Positions 18,518 to 28,790 of a stretch of DNA of 64,000 nucleotides are shown here, one piece after another. The stretch comes from Alcanivoracaceae bacterium (GTDB lineage Bacteria > Pseudomonadota > Gammaproteobacteria > Pseudomonadales > Alcanivoracaceae), in contig JBECKT010000051.1 in assembly GCA_040235405.1 (NCBI GenBank), positions 6,879 through 70,878 on the forward strand, in the 5' to 3' direction. The notes beneath the pieces are model-generated. The model did no database searches and was not told where the DNA came from. It worked only from the letters and a program-made list of their open reading frames with translations. Each line of letters begins with the position of its first letter. The first letter of the stretch is position 1. A program made the position numbers and the translations under genes.

Positions 18518-19849
18518 TCAACCGGTGTTCCGGCGCTCCGGTGGCGTCCAGTCAAATGGCACGTTGTACGTCATCAGGAAGCCGCCCAGCGTAATCAGCA
18601 CCCGGGCAATGCCAATATAGGAATCCGGAATACGCACCCGGTTCTCGCGGAATTTTTCCAGCAGGTCCGACATCGCCAGACCAAATTCATTTCTTTTCAT
18701 CCTGTCGCTGAGTACGTACTGGGCCAGTTCCCGCAGCGTGTCCGGGTTGCCACCAACAAAGCCGGCATTGATAAACAACTGGCCGATATCAACGTCGCCT
18801 TCGAACCCCATCAACCCGTACAGCAAGCGGGAGTAGTTTCGCACTTCATCCGGCGTCAGGCGCCCAAGCGTGCCGAAATCAAGAATACTGATATCACCAT
18901 CATCACTGACAATGAAGTTTCCCGGATGGGGATCGGCCTGGTAAACGCCAACACGAGTGACCTGGTGCAGATAAGAGGTAAATAGCAGTGTTAGCAGGTC
19001 CGCGGCCTGATCAGGATGTTGATCAAGGTAGTCTCTCAAGCGGTGACCATGCTGCCATTCACTGACCAGCACATTCGGCCCGGACAACTCCTCCACCAGC
19101 GCGGCAACACGAATGCGTGGTGGATGCTGAATACGGCTGAAGCGCCGCATGTTTTCCGCCTCATTACGGAAATCCAGTTCAACAGAAGTCATCTCAAGCA
19201 GCTGCTCGGTAATCTGGATAAAATCCAGCTCACGAAAAAGCGGTGCCATTAATAACGCCAGCAACCGGAAGACTCTGGCGTCCTGCTCGAACAATTCAAC
19301 CACTCCGGGCAAGCGTATCTTGATCGCCACATCGCGGCCATCGCGCAGCACGGCACGATGGACCTGGGCAATTGATGCAGTTGCTGCGGGAATTTCACTG
19401 AATTCGCTGAAGCGCTCACGCCAGCGCAGCCCCCAGGCCCGCTCAAGCAGCGGCTTGATCTGGCTGAACGACACCGCCTCGGCATCGTTCTGCAAAGCCT
19501 GCAATGCAAGAATATATGCAGGTGGCAGGACATCCGGACGACAGGAAAAAAACTGGGCAGCCTTGACCCAGATAGCGCCATTACGGCGGCAAAGCTGCGC
19601 TACAGCAGCGGCCGCCTCCGAGTGCACCCGCTCCAGCTCCAGCTCCTCACCACGGGCCCGCCTGACCGCAAGGCCATGGCGGCCATACAACGCCACCACA
19701 TCCACTACAGTGCGCAATGCCCGCAGATAGCGTCGTCGCCCCGCTATCAAGCCGGAAACGGCGGCCGAGCCTGTGCGTGCTAACTGGATACCGGAAACCA
19801 AATGTGCTCCCCCCAAGAAAGTGGCATTAGTGTAACCGCATGATGACAT
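18518..19849 (-). CDS. ABC1/AarF/UbiB-family atypical kinase
   Basis: ABC1 signature AAASIAQVHRAVLRDGRDVAIKIRLPG, and HPGNFIVSDDGDISILDFG (catalytic loop plus DFG). Confidence 0.75.
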   Translation of the reverse strand: MSSCGYTNATFLGGAHLVSGIQLARTGSAAVSGLIAGRRRYLRALRTVVDVVALYGRHGLAVRRARGEELELERVHSEAAAAVAQLCRRNGAIWVKAAQFFSCRPDVLPPAYILALQALQNDAEAVSFSQIKPLLERAWGLRWRERFSEFSEIPAATASIAQVHRAVLRDGRDVAIKIRLPGVVELFEQDARVFRLLALLMAPLFRELDFIQITEQLLEMTSVELDFRNEAENMRRFSRIQHPPRIRVAALVEELSGPNVLVSEWQHGHRLRDYLDQHPDQAADLLTLLFTSYLHQVTRVGVYQADPHPGNFIVSDDGDISILDFGTLGRLTPDEVRNYSRLLYGLMGFEGDVDIGQLFINAGFVGGNPDTLRELAQYVLSDRMKRNEFGLAMSDLLEKFRENRVRIPDSYIGIARVLITLGGFLMTYNVPFDWTPPERRNTG

Positions 19850-19940
19850 CGTGTACTGTGACGTATTGCAGCGCCCTGTAACAGCAAGTAAAAGGTGCGT
19901 TGATGCTCACTGAAAGCTGTCTGAAAAGCGGAAATTTGCC

Positions 19941-20573
19941 ATGCCATCAATTCGTATTGCCCGGGATGACCCGCGTGCCATCCATAGTCGCGGCATTGTC
20001 GTCCTCAAACCCGCCCATCCCATGATCCGCAAGTTGAAACGCGACCTGCCCACGCCTTGTATCCACGGCGACAAGGTCTGGGACTCAAGCTGGCTGCTGA
20101 TGGATGAGCTCAGACGCAATCCGCCTCCGGCCGGTGCCACTCTGATGGATCTCGGTTGCGGCTGGGGGCCACTGAGCATGTTCGCGGCAAAACGATTGAA
20201 GCAACAGGTAATCGGTGTCGATGCGGACGACGGTGTGTTCCCGTATCTGCACCTCCATGCCGAGCTCAACGGCGTCAGCATCGACACCCGTCAACGCCGC
20301 TTCGAGAAGCTTCGCGGCAAGGAACTGGGCACCGTCAACACCCTTGCCGGCGCGGACATCTGCTTCTGGGACGAGTTAGCCCCCATTCTGTTCAACCTGA
20401 TCCGCCGGGCGCTGAAATCCGGCGTCAACCGTGTTCTGGTCGCAGACCCGGGCCGGGATCCGTTTTACCAGCTGGCCGAGCGCTGCGAAAAAGCCTTTAA
20501 CTCCCGGGTCGTTGAACGCACTACCTCAACACCGAAAGCGGCAGTGGCGGACCTGCTTATCGTCGAGGCCTGA
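19941..20573 (+). CDS. Class I SAM-dependent methyltransferase (Methyltransf_16-like)
   Basis: HGDKVWDSSWLLMDEL followed by LMDLGCGWGPLSMFAA (motif I) and VIGVDAD. Its stop overlaps the downstream start (TGATG). Confidence 0.65.
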   Translation: MPSIRIARDDPRAIHSRGIVVLKPAHPMIRKLKRDLPTPCIHGDKVWDSSWLLMDELRRNPPPAGATLMDLGCGWGPLSMFAAKRLKQQVIGVDADDGVFPYLHLHAELNGVSIDTRQRRFEKLRGKELGTVNTLAGADICFWDELAPILFNLIRRALKSGVNRVLVADPGRDPFYQLAERCEKAFNSRVVERTTSTPKAAVADLLIVEA

Positions 20574-21241
20574 TGGACCCGCGTCCTGTTCACCTGCCGC
20601 CACCCTGCACTGAGCCGCTGCAGATACTGCATGCGGACAAAACCCTGGTGATCGTCAACAAGCCTGCATTTCTGCTATCCGTGCCGGGCCGTGGCCCACT
20701 CAAGCAGGATTGTGTGCAGCATCGACTAGCCGGCCAGTACGATGACATCCGCCTGATTCACCGCCTTGATCTGGACACCTCCGGACTGATGGTGTTCGCC
20801 CGCGGCGCCGACGCGCAGAAATTCATCGCCCGTCATTTCCAGGAGCGCCGGGTTAAAAAGGAATATCACGCCCGCGTTGCCGGCCTGGTAAAGCAGGATG
20901 AGGGTGAGGTAGAGCTGCCCATCATTACCGACTGGGCCAATCGGCCACGACAGAAAATCAGCCAGGACGGAAAATGGGCCCTGACCCGTTACCGCGTCCT
21001 GCAGCGGGATCCGGACAGCGACAGCACGCTGGTATCGCTGGAGCCCTTCACCGGCCGCTCGCATCAGTTGCGCATCCATATGCGTGAACTGGGCCATCCC
21101 ATTCTCGGCTGTGATCTGTATGCGCCGGAGGCGATCATGGCCCGCTCTCCGCGGCTGCTGCTGCATGCCTGCAGGCTTGGCCTGACACACCCGGCTTCCG
21201 GTGAATGGCAGGTCTACCAATGCCCACCGCCATTCGCCTGA
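20573..21241 (+). CDS. RluA-family pseudouridine synthase
   Basis: Catalytic motif HRLDLDTSGLMVFAR and the conserved GRSHQLRIHM. Confidence 0.85.
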   Translation: MDPRPVHLPPPCTEPLQILHADKTLVIVNKPAFLLSVPGRGPLKQDCVQHRLAGQYDDIRLIHRLDLDTSGLMVFARGADAQKFIARHFQERRVKKEYHARVAGLVKQDEGEVELPIITDWANRPRQKISQDGKWALTRYRVLQRDPDSDSTLVSLEPFTGRSHQLRIHMRELGHPILGCDLYAPEAIMARSPRLLLHACRLGLTHPASGEWQVYQCPPPFA

Positions 21242-21290
21242 GCTCCCACTGCATGCCGAATACCGCTACCATCAGCCACTCTGACGTACG

Positions 21291-22970
21291 ATGGAACAGG
21301 TTATGAGTATTCTTGACACCGGTCGCGACCTGCGTCGCCTTAATGAACTGACTGGAATTTTGCTCAAGTACGGATTCGGCGACATGATCCGCCGGCTTGG
21401 CATGGCAGCGCCGTTCGAGCAGGCCGGCAAACTGATGCGGCAATCGGTCGACCGCGACATGCTGACCATGGAACCGGGCGAGCGGCTGCGGCGGGCGCTG
21501 GAAGAAATGGGCCCGACCTTCGTCAAACTCGGGCAGATTCTTGCCACCCGGGTCGACCTGTTCCCGATGGACTGGATCGAGCAGTTTGAAAAGCTGCAGG
21601 ATAATGCCCGCGCCCTGCCGTACGAAAAACTGTTGCCGAAAATTGAAAAAAGTCTTGGCAAACCGGTCGACAAGGTTTTCATCAGCATCGACCCGAAACC
21701 CATCGGCGTTGCGTCCATTGCCCAGGTTCACCGGGCGGTGACCCGCAATGGTGAGCAGGTAGTACTCAAGATACAGAAGCCCGGCATCCGCTCACGCATT
21801 GAATCGGACCTGCGGTTACTCGATCAGGCCGCCAAGCTGGCCGCCGACAACTCAATTGAACTGCGCCGCTACCGGCCGGTGGATCTGGTCCGTGAATTTG
21901 AACGCTCGCTGACCCGCGAGCTCGATTTCACCAGCGAATCCCGCAACGCTGACCGCATCCGCCAGAATATGAAAAGCCTTAAATGGCTGGTAGTTCCAAA
22001 AGTGTACTGGGAATACACCTCCGCCGCGCTGTCGGTACAGGAATACATCGAAGGCATTCCGGCGCGGCAGACAGACCGCATCGAGGATGCCGGACTGGAT
22101 CGCAAGCTGCTCGCCCGCCGCGGCGCCACCGTCGCCTGGAAAATGGCGCTGGAAGACGGCTTTTTCCATGCCGACCCCCATCCGGGCAATTTCCTGATCC
22201 TGCCGCGTAACCGCATTGCCATGCTTGACTACGGCATGGTTGGAAAGCTGACCCGCGCCCGCCAGGAACAGATGGTCCAGATCATGAAGTCCGTGGTCAT
22301 GCAGGAGCCCGAAGGCTGTGCCTCGGTGCTGGCATCCTGGGCCGATGGCATTCCGGTAAAGTTTGAACAGCTTACTGCGGATATCGAGGACATCGTCACC
22401 CGCTACTACGGCATCCCTCTGGCCGAGCTGGATGCCGCGGCCTTGCTGCTTGATATCACTTCGTTGCTGCGCAACCACGATCTGGTGCTGCCCAGCGACA
22501 TCGCCCTGCTGATCAAGGCAATTATCACGCTGGAAGGATTCGGTCGGGTACTTGACCCTTCTTTCGATGTCATGAGCGAAGCCGAGCCGCTGATCAAACG
22601 CATGGTGCGGATTCGCTACAGCCCCGGCCGGCTGGCCCGCAGCCTCAGCATGCGGGCGCTGGATATGGTCGACAGATTGTATGCACCGCCGCCAGTGCAG
22701 GGCAGCCAGCGCAGTGGTACCGCCGGCGGCGGCATTGATCCACGGCACCTTGAGCGCCTGGTCGGCCGGCTGGAGCGTTCACAGTACCGGCTGGTGCAAA
22801 CCTCGCTGACAGTTGCCGGCATTCTCTGTGGCAGCCTGCTACTGGCCGGCAGAGTGGCACCAACTATCTGGGATATTTCTGTTTTTGGCCTGATGATTCT
22901 GCTGTCCAGCGGTACCTGGTCAATCTGGATGATGCTGGTGGCACGTCGCCACTTGCGCGAATGGGAGTAG
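21291..22970 (+). CDS. ABC1/UbiB-family atypical kinase with two C-terminal TM helices
   Basis: GPTFVKLGQILATRVDLFP, ASIAQVHRAVTRNGEQVVLKIQKPG and HADPHPGNFLIL...MLDYG. The hydrophobic C-terminus is typical of UbiB-like proteins. I cannot tell whether it is the ubiquinone-pathway UbiB itself. Confidence 0.8.
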   Translation: MEQVMSILDTGRDLRRLNELTGILLKYGFGDMIRRLGMAAPFEQAGKLMRQSVDRDMLTMEPGERLRRALEEMGPTFVKLGQILATRVDLFPMDWIEQFEKLQDNARALPYEKLLPKIEKSLGKPVDKVFISIDPKPIGVASIAQVHRAVTRNGEQVVLKIQKPGIRSRIESDLRLLDQAAKLAADNSIELRRYRPVDLVREFERSLTRELDFTSESRNADRIRQNMKSLKWLVVPKVYWEYTSAALSVQEYIEGIPARQTDRIEDAGLDRKLLARRGATVAWKMALEDGFFHADPHPGNFLILPRNRIAMLDYGMVGKLTRARQEQMVQIMKSVVMQEPEGCASVLASWADGIPVKFEQLTADIEDIVTRYYGIPLAELDAAALLLDITSLLRNHDLVLPSDIALLIKAIITLEGFGRVLDPSFDVMSEAEPLIKRMVRIRYSPGRLARSLSMRALDMVDRLYAPPPVQGSQRSGTAGGGIDPRHLERLVGRLERSQYRLVQTSLTVAGILCGSLLLAGRVAPTIWDISVFGLMILLSSGTWSIWMMLVARRHLREWE

Positions 22971-22975
22971 TGACA

Positions 22976-23764
22976 ATGAGAGCTGTTCAATGGATTTCCG
23001 CCACTGTGGTCACAGTTGCACTGGTGGCTTGCGCGACCTCACCGATGGGCCGCCGGCAACTGTTATTGCAGCCGGCCGCGCAGATGGATCAGATGGGCCT
23101 GACTGCCTATCAGCAACTCAAGCAACAAACGCCGCTATCCACCAATCAGAAGCAGATCAGTTATGTTACCTGCATCAGCAGCGCCCTGACTGCAACGCTG
23201 GAAAAACAGCAGAACTGGGAGATCAACCTGTTTGAAGATCCCACCGCCAATGCTTTTGCCCTGCCAGGCGGCTTCATGGGGGTGCACACCGGTCTGCTCA
23301 ATGTCGCCACCAATCAGCACCAGCTCGCTGCCGTGGTCGGTCACGAGATCGGTCACGTACTGGCCCAGCACAGCAATGAACGGGTCTCCATCGAGATGGC
23401 CACCAGTACCGGCATGCAACTACTGCAGGCTTTAGCGGGAGAACAGACCGCTGAAAAGCAGTTAGTATTTGCGGCACTGGGCATTGGCACCCGGTTCGGC
23501 GTCAGCATGCCGTTCAGCCGCAAGCATGAATCCGAGGCTGACCTGATCGGTCTGGAGATGATGGCCAAAGCCGGCTTTGATCCGCGCCAGGCGGTCACCC
23601 TGTGGGAAAACATGCAGGCGGCTGGCGGCAAGGCACCGCCGGAGTTTCTCTCTACTCACCCGTCCGGCGATACCCGAATCCGTGAGCTCAACAAGCACAT
23701 GGAAACAGCCTTGCCCTACTACCAGCAGGCAGTCGCAAGTGGCCGGGTACCGAAGTGCGGTTAA
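22976..23764 (+). CDS. M48-family zinc metallopeptidase lipoprotein
   Basis: Lipobox VALVAC after MRAVQWISATVVT. HEIGHVLAQH (HExxH) plus a downstream ESEAD glutamate. Confidence 0.85.
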   Translation: MRAVQWISATVVTVALVACATSPMGRRQLLLQPAAQMDQMGLTAYQQLKQQTPLSTNQKQISYVTCISSALTATLEKQQNWEINLFEDPTANAFALPGGFMGVHTGLLNVATNQHQLAAVVGHEIGHVLAQHSNERVSIEMATSTGMQLLQALAGEQTAEKQLVFAALGIGTRFGVSMPFSRKHESEADLIGLEMMAKAGFDPRQAVTLWENMQAAGGKAPPEFLSTHPSGDTRIRELNKHMETALPYYQQAVASGRVPKCG

Positions 23765-23774
23765 ATCCAGACAG

Positions 23775-23798
23775 CGCTGACCGCCTTAGCGGTCAGCG
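23775..23798. terminator. Hairpin between convergent genes (possible bidirectional terminator)
   Basis: Perfect 10-bp stem cgctgaccgc / gcggtcagcg with loop ctta. There is no clear U-tract, and the right arm overlaps the nfuA stop codon. Confidence 0.4.
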
Positions 23799-24386
23799 GA
23801 AGTAGGCATTATCACGAACGCTGTGGTCGGTCTTGTCTCGCACCGCCGACAGCTCCGGAACGCGCTCCTTCAGGGTTTTCTCAACACCGCTCTTCAGCGT
23901 CATGTCCACCGCTGAGCAGCCCTGACAGCCACCACCGAATTCCAGAATGGCAACATTGTCTTCGGTCAGCTCCAGTAGCTGGACGTTGCCACCATGAGCA
24001 GCAAGGCTCGGATTGATCTCGGCGTAAAGGATGTGATTGATGCGCTCTTCCAGAGTCGCATCCGGGCCGATATCCGGCACCCTCGATTTCGGAGCACGAA
24101 AGGTCAACTGCCCGCCCATGCTGTCCTTCTTGAAGTCAATCGAGGCGTCTTCCAGATAGCGGACGCTTTTGCCCTCGATCCAGGCGTGAAAGCCGTCGTA
24201 GTCGTAGCGCACGTCACTTTCTTCCTGCTCGCCCGGCGGGCAGTAGGCCATGCAGCATTCCGCATGGGGCGTTCCGGGCCGCTCGACAAAAATACGCACC
24301 CCCATACCCGGCGAGCCCTGACGATCAAGCAGATCTCGCAGGTATTCACGGGCGTTTTCGGTAATGCTAATCAGCGGTTCAGTCAT
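23793..24386 (-). CDS. nfuA: Fe-S cluster biogenesis protein NfuA
   Basis: N-terminal degenerate A-type carrier domain (ITENAREYLRDLL). C-terminal Nfu domain with GGGCQGC. Confidence 0.92.
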   Translation of the reverse strand: MTEPLISITENAREYLRDLLDRQGSPGMGVRIFVERPGTPHAECCMAYCPPGEQEESDVRYDYDGFHAWIEGKSVRYLEDASIDFKKDSMGGQLTFRAPKSRVPDIGPDATLEERINHILYAEINPSLAAHGGNVQLLELTEDNVAILEFGGGCQGCSAVDMTLKSGVEKTLKERVPELSAVRDKTDHSVRDNAYFR

Positions 24387-24521
24387 GAAACAGCTCTCGA
24401 CTCGGATTCCCGACTATTTTAGTCAAGTATTCGAGCCTTGCAATGGCTTTACCCTTCCCTTTCCGGAGCTGATCGCTATCATATCGCCGTAATCCCCTGT
24501 GTATCCCGATGGAAGCATGCC

Positions 24522-24740
24522 ATGAGCGAGCAAACCCCGGACAAGAAACCCAACCTGCTGCAGGTCATAGGCAGTGTGCTGGCCAGCCTGCTTGGGGTCC
24601 AGAGCGGCAAGAACCGTGAGCGTGACTTTCTCAAGGGTGACCCGAAAGACTATATCGGCGTATATGTGGTTCTGGTGGTACTTTTCGTGATCAGCATGAT
24701 CGTCGTGGTCAATATGGTTATCTCCTCTGCCGGCAAATAA
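24522..24740 (+). CDS. Small membrane protein, DUF2970-like
   Basis: ATG at 24522. The sequence NLLQVIGSVLASLLGVQSGKNRERDF plus a C-terminal TM helix resembles DUF2970 from memory. Confidence 0.6.
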   Translation: MSEQTPDKKPNLLQVIGSVLASLLGVQSGKNRERDFLKGDPKDYIGVYVVLVVLFVISMIVVVNMVISSAGK

Positions 24741-24867
24741 GCCGGCACCCGGCATATCCATATAACCGCATCATCCTTTCGACCCCTGCCCTTATTTGCT
24801 ACAGTGCGTCCCCCGGCGCCTGTGGCGCTCTATTCCCATACAAATTAGCAGGTTACCCAGAGCCTCT

Positions 24868-26529
24868 ATGTACGTTTATCAGGATTATGACCAGCGTCTG
24901 CTTGACGAGCGCGTCGCCCAGTTCCGTGACCAGACCCGGCGTTATCTGGACGGCAAACTGCGCGAAGAAGAGTTTCGTCCGCTGCGCCTGCAGAACGGCC
25001 TCTATATCCAGCGCTACGCGCCGATGCTGCGTATCGCTGTGCCCTACGGCATGCTCGACAGCAAGCAGTTGCGCATGCTGGCGCACGTCTGCCGCACCTG
25101 GGACAAGGGCTACTGCCACGTGTCCACCCGCCAGAACATCCAGTTCAACTGGCCGGACCTGCAGGACGTGCCGGATATTCTCGCCGCGCTGGCCAGCGTC
25201 CAGATGCACGGTATCCAGACCAGCGGTAACTGCATTCGTAACACCACCACCGATGAGTTTGCCGGCGTCAATCCGAAGGAAATCGCGGACCCGCGTCCGT
25301 GGTGCGAGCTGATCCGCCAGTGGTCGACCTTCAATCCGGAATTTGCCTATCTGCCGCGCAAGTTCAAGATCGCCGTGAATGCGGTGCCGGACGAAGATCC
25401 GGCGCTGATCGGCGTACACGACATCGGCGTGCAGATCGTCAAGGCAGACAACGGCGATATCGGCTTCCAGGTCTGGGCTGGCGGCGGTCTTGGCCGCACG
25501 CCGATGACCGGCGAGATTATCGGCGAATTTGTTGCCCGCGAAGACCTGCTGTCTTATCTGGAAGCGGTGCTGCGCGTGTACAACAAGTACGGCATCCGCG
25601 ACAACAAGTACAAGGCGCGCATCAAGATCATCGTCAAGGCCATGGGCCGGGAGAAATTCCGCGAACTGACCGAGCGCGAGTTTGCTGAACTGAAAGGCGG
25701 GCCAATGACCCTCACGGAAGCGGAAATGGCACGCATGATTGCCAGCTTCCCGGCACCGGCCTATGCCGCACTGACCGACATGCCGGCTGCCCTGCAGCAG
25801 GCACTGGCCAGCGACAAGGCCTTCAACCGCTGGTACCACACCAATACCCGTGCGCATAAACAGGCCGGTTACCGCGCCGTAACCCTGTCGCTGAAGAAAA
25901 CCGGGCGTGTTCCGGGAGACATCACCGACAACGAACTGGAGGTAGTAGCTGATCTCGCCGATCACTACAGCTTCGGCGAGGTGCGTAACACCCACCAGCA
26001 GAACATGGTGCTGGCGGATGTCCGTCAGGATCAGTTGTTCGAGGTCTGGCAGGCGCTCGACAAACTGGGCCTTGCCACACCGAACCTGAAACTGTTGACC
26101 GACATCGTTGCCTGCCCCGGTGGCGACTACTGCTCGCTGGCCAATGCCAAGTCGATTCCGATTGCCGAAGCGATCCAGCGTCGCTTCGATGATCTCGATT
26201 ACCTGCATGATATCGGCGAACTGGATATCAATATTTCCGGCTGCATGAACGCCTGTGGCCATCACCATATCGGCCATATCGGCATTCTCGGTGTCGACAA
26301 GAAAGGTCGCGAGTATTACCAGATTACCCTCGGTGGCCGTGGCGACAAGATTTCCCGCATCGGCGACAAGATGGGCCCGTCGTTTGAGTCGGACGAGGTG
26401 GCAGATGTGATCGAGAAGATCGTCAACCTGTACGTGGAAAAGCGTCACGACGACGAGCTGTTTATCGACACCTATGAACGCATTGGCATTGAACCTTTCA
26501 AGGAGTCCGTCTATGGCTCAGCTGATTAA
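24868..26529 (+). CDS. Sulfite/nitrite reductase hemoprotein (sirohaem-[4Fe-4S], CysI-like)
   Basis: Duplicated NIR_SIR ferredoxin-like halves. Cluster/sirohaem Cys motifs TSGNCIRNTT and ACPGGDYC...GCMNACGHHH. Start chosen at ATG 24868 (MYVYQDYDQRLL). Confidence 0.85.
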   Translation: MYVYQDYDQRLLDERVAQFRDQTRRYLDGKLREEEFRPLRLQNGLYIQRYAPMLRIAVPYGMLDSKQLRMLAHVCRTWDKGYCHVSTRQNIQFNWPDLQDVPDILAALASVQMHGIQTSGNCIRNTTTDEFAGVNPKEIADPRPWCELIRQWSTFNPEFAYLPRKFKIAVNAVPDEDPALIGVHDIGVQIVKADNGDIGFQVWAGGGLGRTPMTGEIIGEFVAREDLLSYLEAVLRVYNKYGIRDNKYKARIKIIVKAMGREKFRELTEREFAELKGGPMTLTEAEMARMIASFPAPAYAALTDMPAALQQALASDKAFNRWYHTNTRAHKQAGYRAVTLSLKKTGRVPGDITDNELEVVADLADHYSFGEVRNTHQQNMVLADVRQDQLFEVWQALDKLGLATPNLKLLTDIVACPGGDYCSLANAKSIPIAEAIQRRFDDLDYLHDIGELDINISGCMNACGHHHIGHIGILGVDKKGREYYQITLGGRGDKISRIGDKMGPSFESDEVADVIEKIVNLYVEKRHDDELFIDTYERIGIEPFKESVYGSAD

Positions 26530-27007
26530 AGACGGCGCCCTGACCGACAACCACTGGGTGCGGGTGACGCCGGAAGACGATGGCATTCCGGCCCATGGCG
26601 ATATCATAGTTTCTCTGGCCTGCTGGCAGGAACAGAAGGAAGCGCTGAAAAATCGTGCTGGCAAGGTGGCAGTGTGCCTGGAACCGGGCCAGGAACCGGT
26701 GGAGATTGCTGCTGATCTGGCCGACCTGCCAATGGTTGCGATCAACTTCCCGGTGTTTGCCGATGGTCGCGGTTATTCCTACGCCCGTGAGCTGCGTACC
26801 CGCTACGGTTATCAGGGTGAAATTCGGGCGGTGGGTGATGTACTGCAGGATCAGCTGTTCTATATGTGGCGATGCGGTTTCAATGCGTTTGATATTCGTG
26901 CCGACCGGGATGCGACGGAAGCGCTGAAAGGCCTGAATGATTTCACCGTCACCTATCAGGGTGATGCGCGCGATCCGCGGCCGATCTATCGGCGATCGTC
27001 AGTTTGA
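26513..27007 (+). CDS. DUF934-domain protein (usual partner of this type of sulfite reductase)
   Basis: MAQLIKDGALTDNHWVRV...FPVFADGRGYSYARELR...GYQGEIRAVGDVLQDQLFYMWRCGFNAF. It overlaps the reductase stop by 17 nt. Confidence 0.75.
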   Translation: MAQLIKDGALTDNHWVRVTPEDDGIPAHGDIIVSLACWQEQKEALKNRAGKVAVCLEPGQEPVEIAADLADLPMVAINFPVFADGRGYSYARELRTRYGYQGEIRAVGDVLQDQLFYMWRCGFNAFDIRADRDATEALKGLNDFTVTYQGDARDPRPIYRRSSV

Positions 27008-27028
27008 TTTGCGCCCGGGCACTGCGAG

Positions 27029-28504
27029 TCAGGTTCCACAGAATGTCTTGCAGACTTTCTCGGATGGCTGCGGCGGCCCCATCCACCGGGCGTCTTCATC
27101 CGTGACCTGAAACGGGTTGGAGAGAATCCGGTTCAAGCGATGGAAGTCGGAAAAATCCTGTCGCTCACTGGCCGACTGAATGGCCTGTTCGATACGATGA
27201 TTACGTGGAATCACGGCAGGATTGATGTCCCGCAGAAAGGCAGCGATCTGTTCAGGCGATTGCTGCTCCGCTTGCAGCCGTTGACTCCAGCGCGATGCCC
27301 AGTTTTGCCACCCGGAAACATCCTGAAATAGCGCTCTGGTCTGCGCCGCCTGCAGCGGCGCCAGAACTGCATCCTGCAGGCTACGGAACAGCAGGGTAAA
27401 ATCCACCGCCTGCTGCGCCATCCAGCCGAGCAATTCCTCGACCAGCTGCTGATCTCCCGGTTGCGCCGTGCGCAGGCCGATTTTGGCGCGAAACTGCTGC
27501 AGCCAGGCAGTATCGTAAATACCGACAAAACCCCGAATCACTGCCGTGGCCTGCTCGACCGCCTGGTCCTGATCGTCAGCGATCAGCGGCAACAGAGCTT
27601 CGGCAAATCTGGCCATGTTCCACTGCGCTACCGCCGGCTGCATCTGGTACGCATAGCGGCCGCCGGTGTCGATGGAGCTGAATACGGTTTCAGGGTGGAA
27701 ACTGTCCATAAAAGCACAGGGGCCGTAATCAACGGTTTCGCCGCTGACCAGTACGTTATCGGTATTCATGACCCCATGAATAAAGCCGAGACTCATCCAG
27801 CGAGCGATCAGCTCGGCCTGCCTTTGTACCACCTGCTGCAACAGGGCCATATAGGGTTGGGCGCTGGTAGCCACTTCGGAAAAGTGGCGCTCGATAACGT
27901 AGTCCGCCAATATCCTCAGCGAATCAAGGTCGCGCCGGGCGGCGAAAAACTCAAAAGTACCCACACGAATATGGCTGGCCGCCACCCGGGTCAGGATTGC
28001 GCCCGGCAAGGCCGTGTCCCGGTAAACGCTTTCTCCGGTGGTTACCGCCGCCAATGCCCGCGTGGTAGGCACGCCCAAGGCATACATCGCCTCGCTGACC
28101 AGATACTCACGCAGCACCGGGCCGAGCGGCGAGCGACCATCCCCGCCTCGCGAGAACGGCGTGGGGCCCGCCCCCTTGAGCTGGATATCCCGTCGTTTCC
28201 CATCCGCCACCACTACCTCGCCCAGTAAAACAGCACGGCCATCACCCAGTCGTGGATTAAAGCCTCCGAACTGATGACCGGCGTAGGCAGTAGCAACCGG
28301 TTCTGAGCCGGCCAGCAACTGATTGCCGGAAAAAACCTGCGCCAGCTGCTCGGCATTACTGACGTCCCCCTGATACCCTAGTTCAGCAACCAACGACTGG
28401 TTAAGCTGAATCAGCACCGGAGCAGCCACTGCGGTCGGCTCACAGGCCCGGGAGAAAGTTCGGGGCAAACGTGCATAGCTATTATCAAATGCAAAACCGG
28501 GCAT
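27029..28504 (-). CDS. selO: Protein adenylyltransferase SelO (YdiU/UPF0061)
   Basis: Full-length match to SelO hallmarks: AYAGHQFGGFNPRLGDGRA, GAGPTPFSRGGDGR and GFIHGVMNTDN. Confidence 0.92.
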   Translation of the reverse strand: MPGFAFDNSYARLPRTFSRACEPTAVAAPVLIQLNQSLVAELGYQGDVSNAEQLAQVFSGNQLLAGSEPVATAYAGHQFGGFNPRLGDGRAVLLGEVVVADGKRRDIQLKGAGPTPFSRGGDGRSPLGPVLREYLVSEAMYALGVPTTRALAAVTTGESVYRDTALPGAILTRVAASHIRVGTFEFFAARRDLDSLRILADYVIERHFSEVATSAQPYMALLQQVVQRQAELIARWMSLGFIHGVMNTDNVLVSGETVDYGPCAFMDSFHPETVFSSIDTGGRYAYQMQPAVAQWNMARFAEALLPLIADDQDQAVEQATAVIRGFVGIYDTAWLQQFRAKIGLRTAQPGDQQLVEELLGWMAQQAVDFTLLFRSLQDAVLAPLQAAQTRALFQDVSGWQNWASRWSQRLQAEQQSPEQIAAFLRDINPAVIPRNHRIEQAIQSASERQDFSDFHRLNRILSNPFQVTDEDARWMGPPQPSEKVCKTFCGT

Positions 28505-28790
28505 CAGAGCCTCATATCAATCTGGCCGTTCTCAACTCACAGGAAGTCGACTGAGGGCATGATATCACCACGCGCTTGCCGACCGTTCAGAAGGTAAAAT
28601 ATTTGCATAATATGCTTGCCGAAAAACCACTCTCTGCTCATGTCAATTAGCGGCCATCGGTCAACTGCTACCACTCGTAACCGCCTGAGCCCCCAGCATT
28701 TACCATAATAAGAGCTGATAGCATATTGCCGCCTTGTAACATGATCCATGCTGGCAGAAAGTTGCCTTTTAACGAGTGCGAAGACGACTT

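Noticed and set aside
19856-19871. LexA-box-like CTGTGACGTATTGCAG between the divergent ABC1 kinase and methyltransferase genes.
   Set aside because: The right half is GCAG rather than ACAG, a mismatch in a critical position. The flanking genes are not known SOS genes, so this is probably a chance match.
24853-26448. 531-aa minus-strand ORF, among the longest in the window.
   Set aside because: It lies entirely antisense to the sulfite reductase gene, whose product has unmistakable sirohaem/Fe-S motifs. The antisense product has no motifs.
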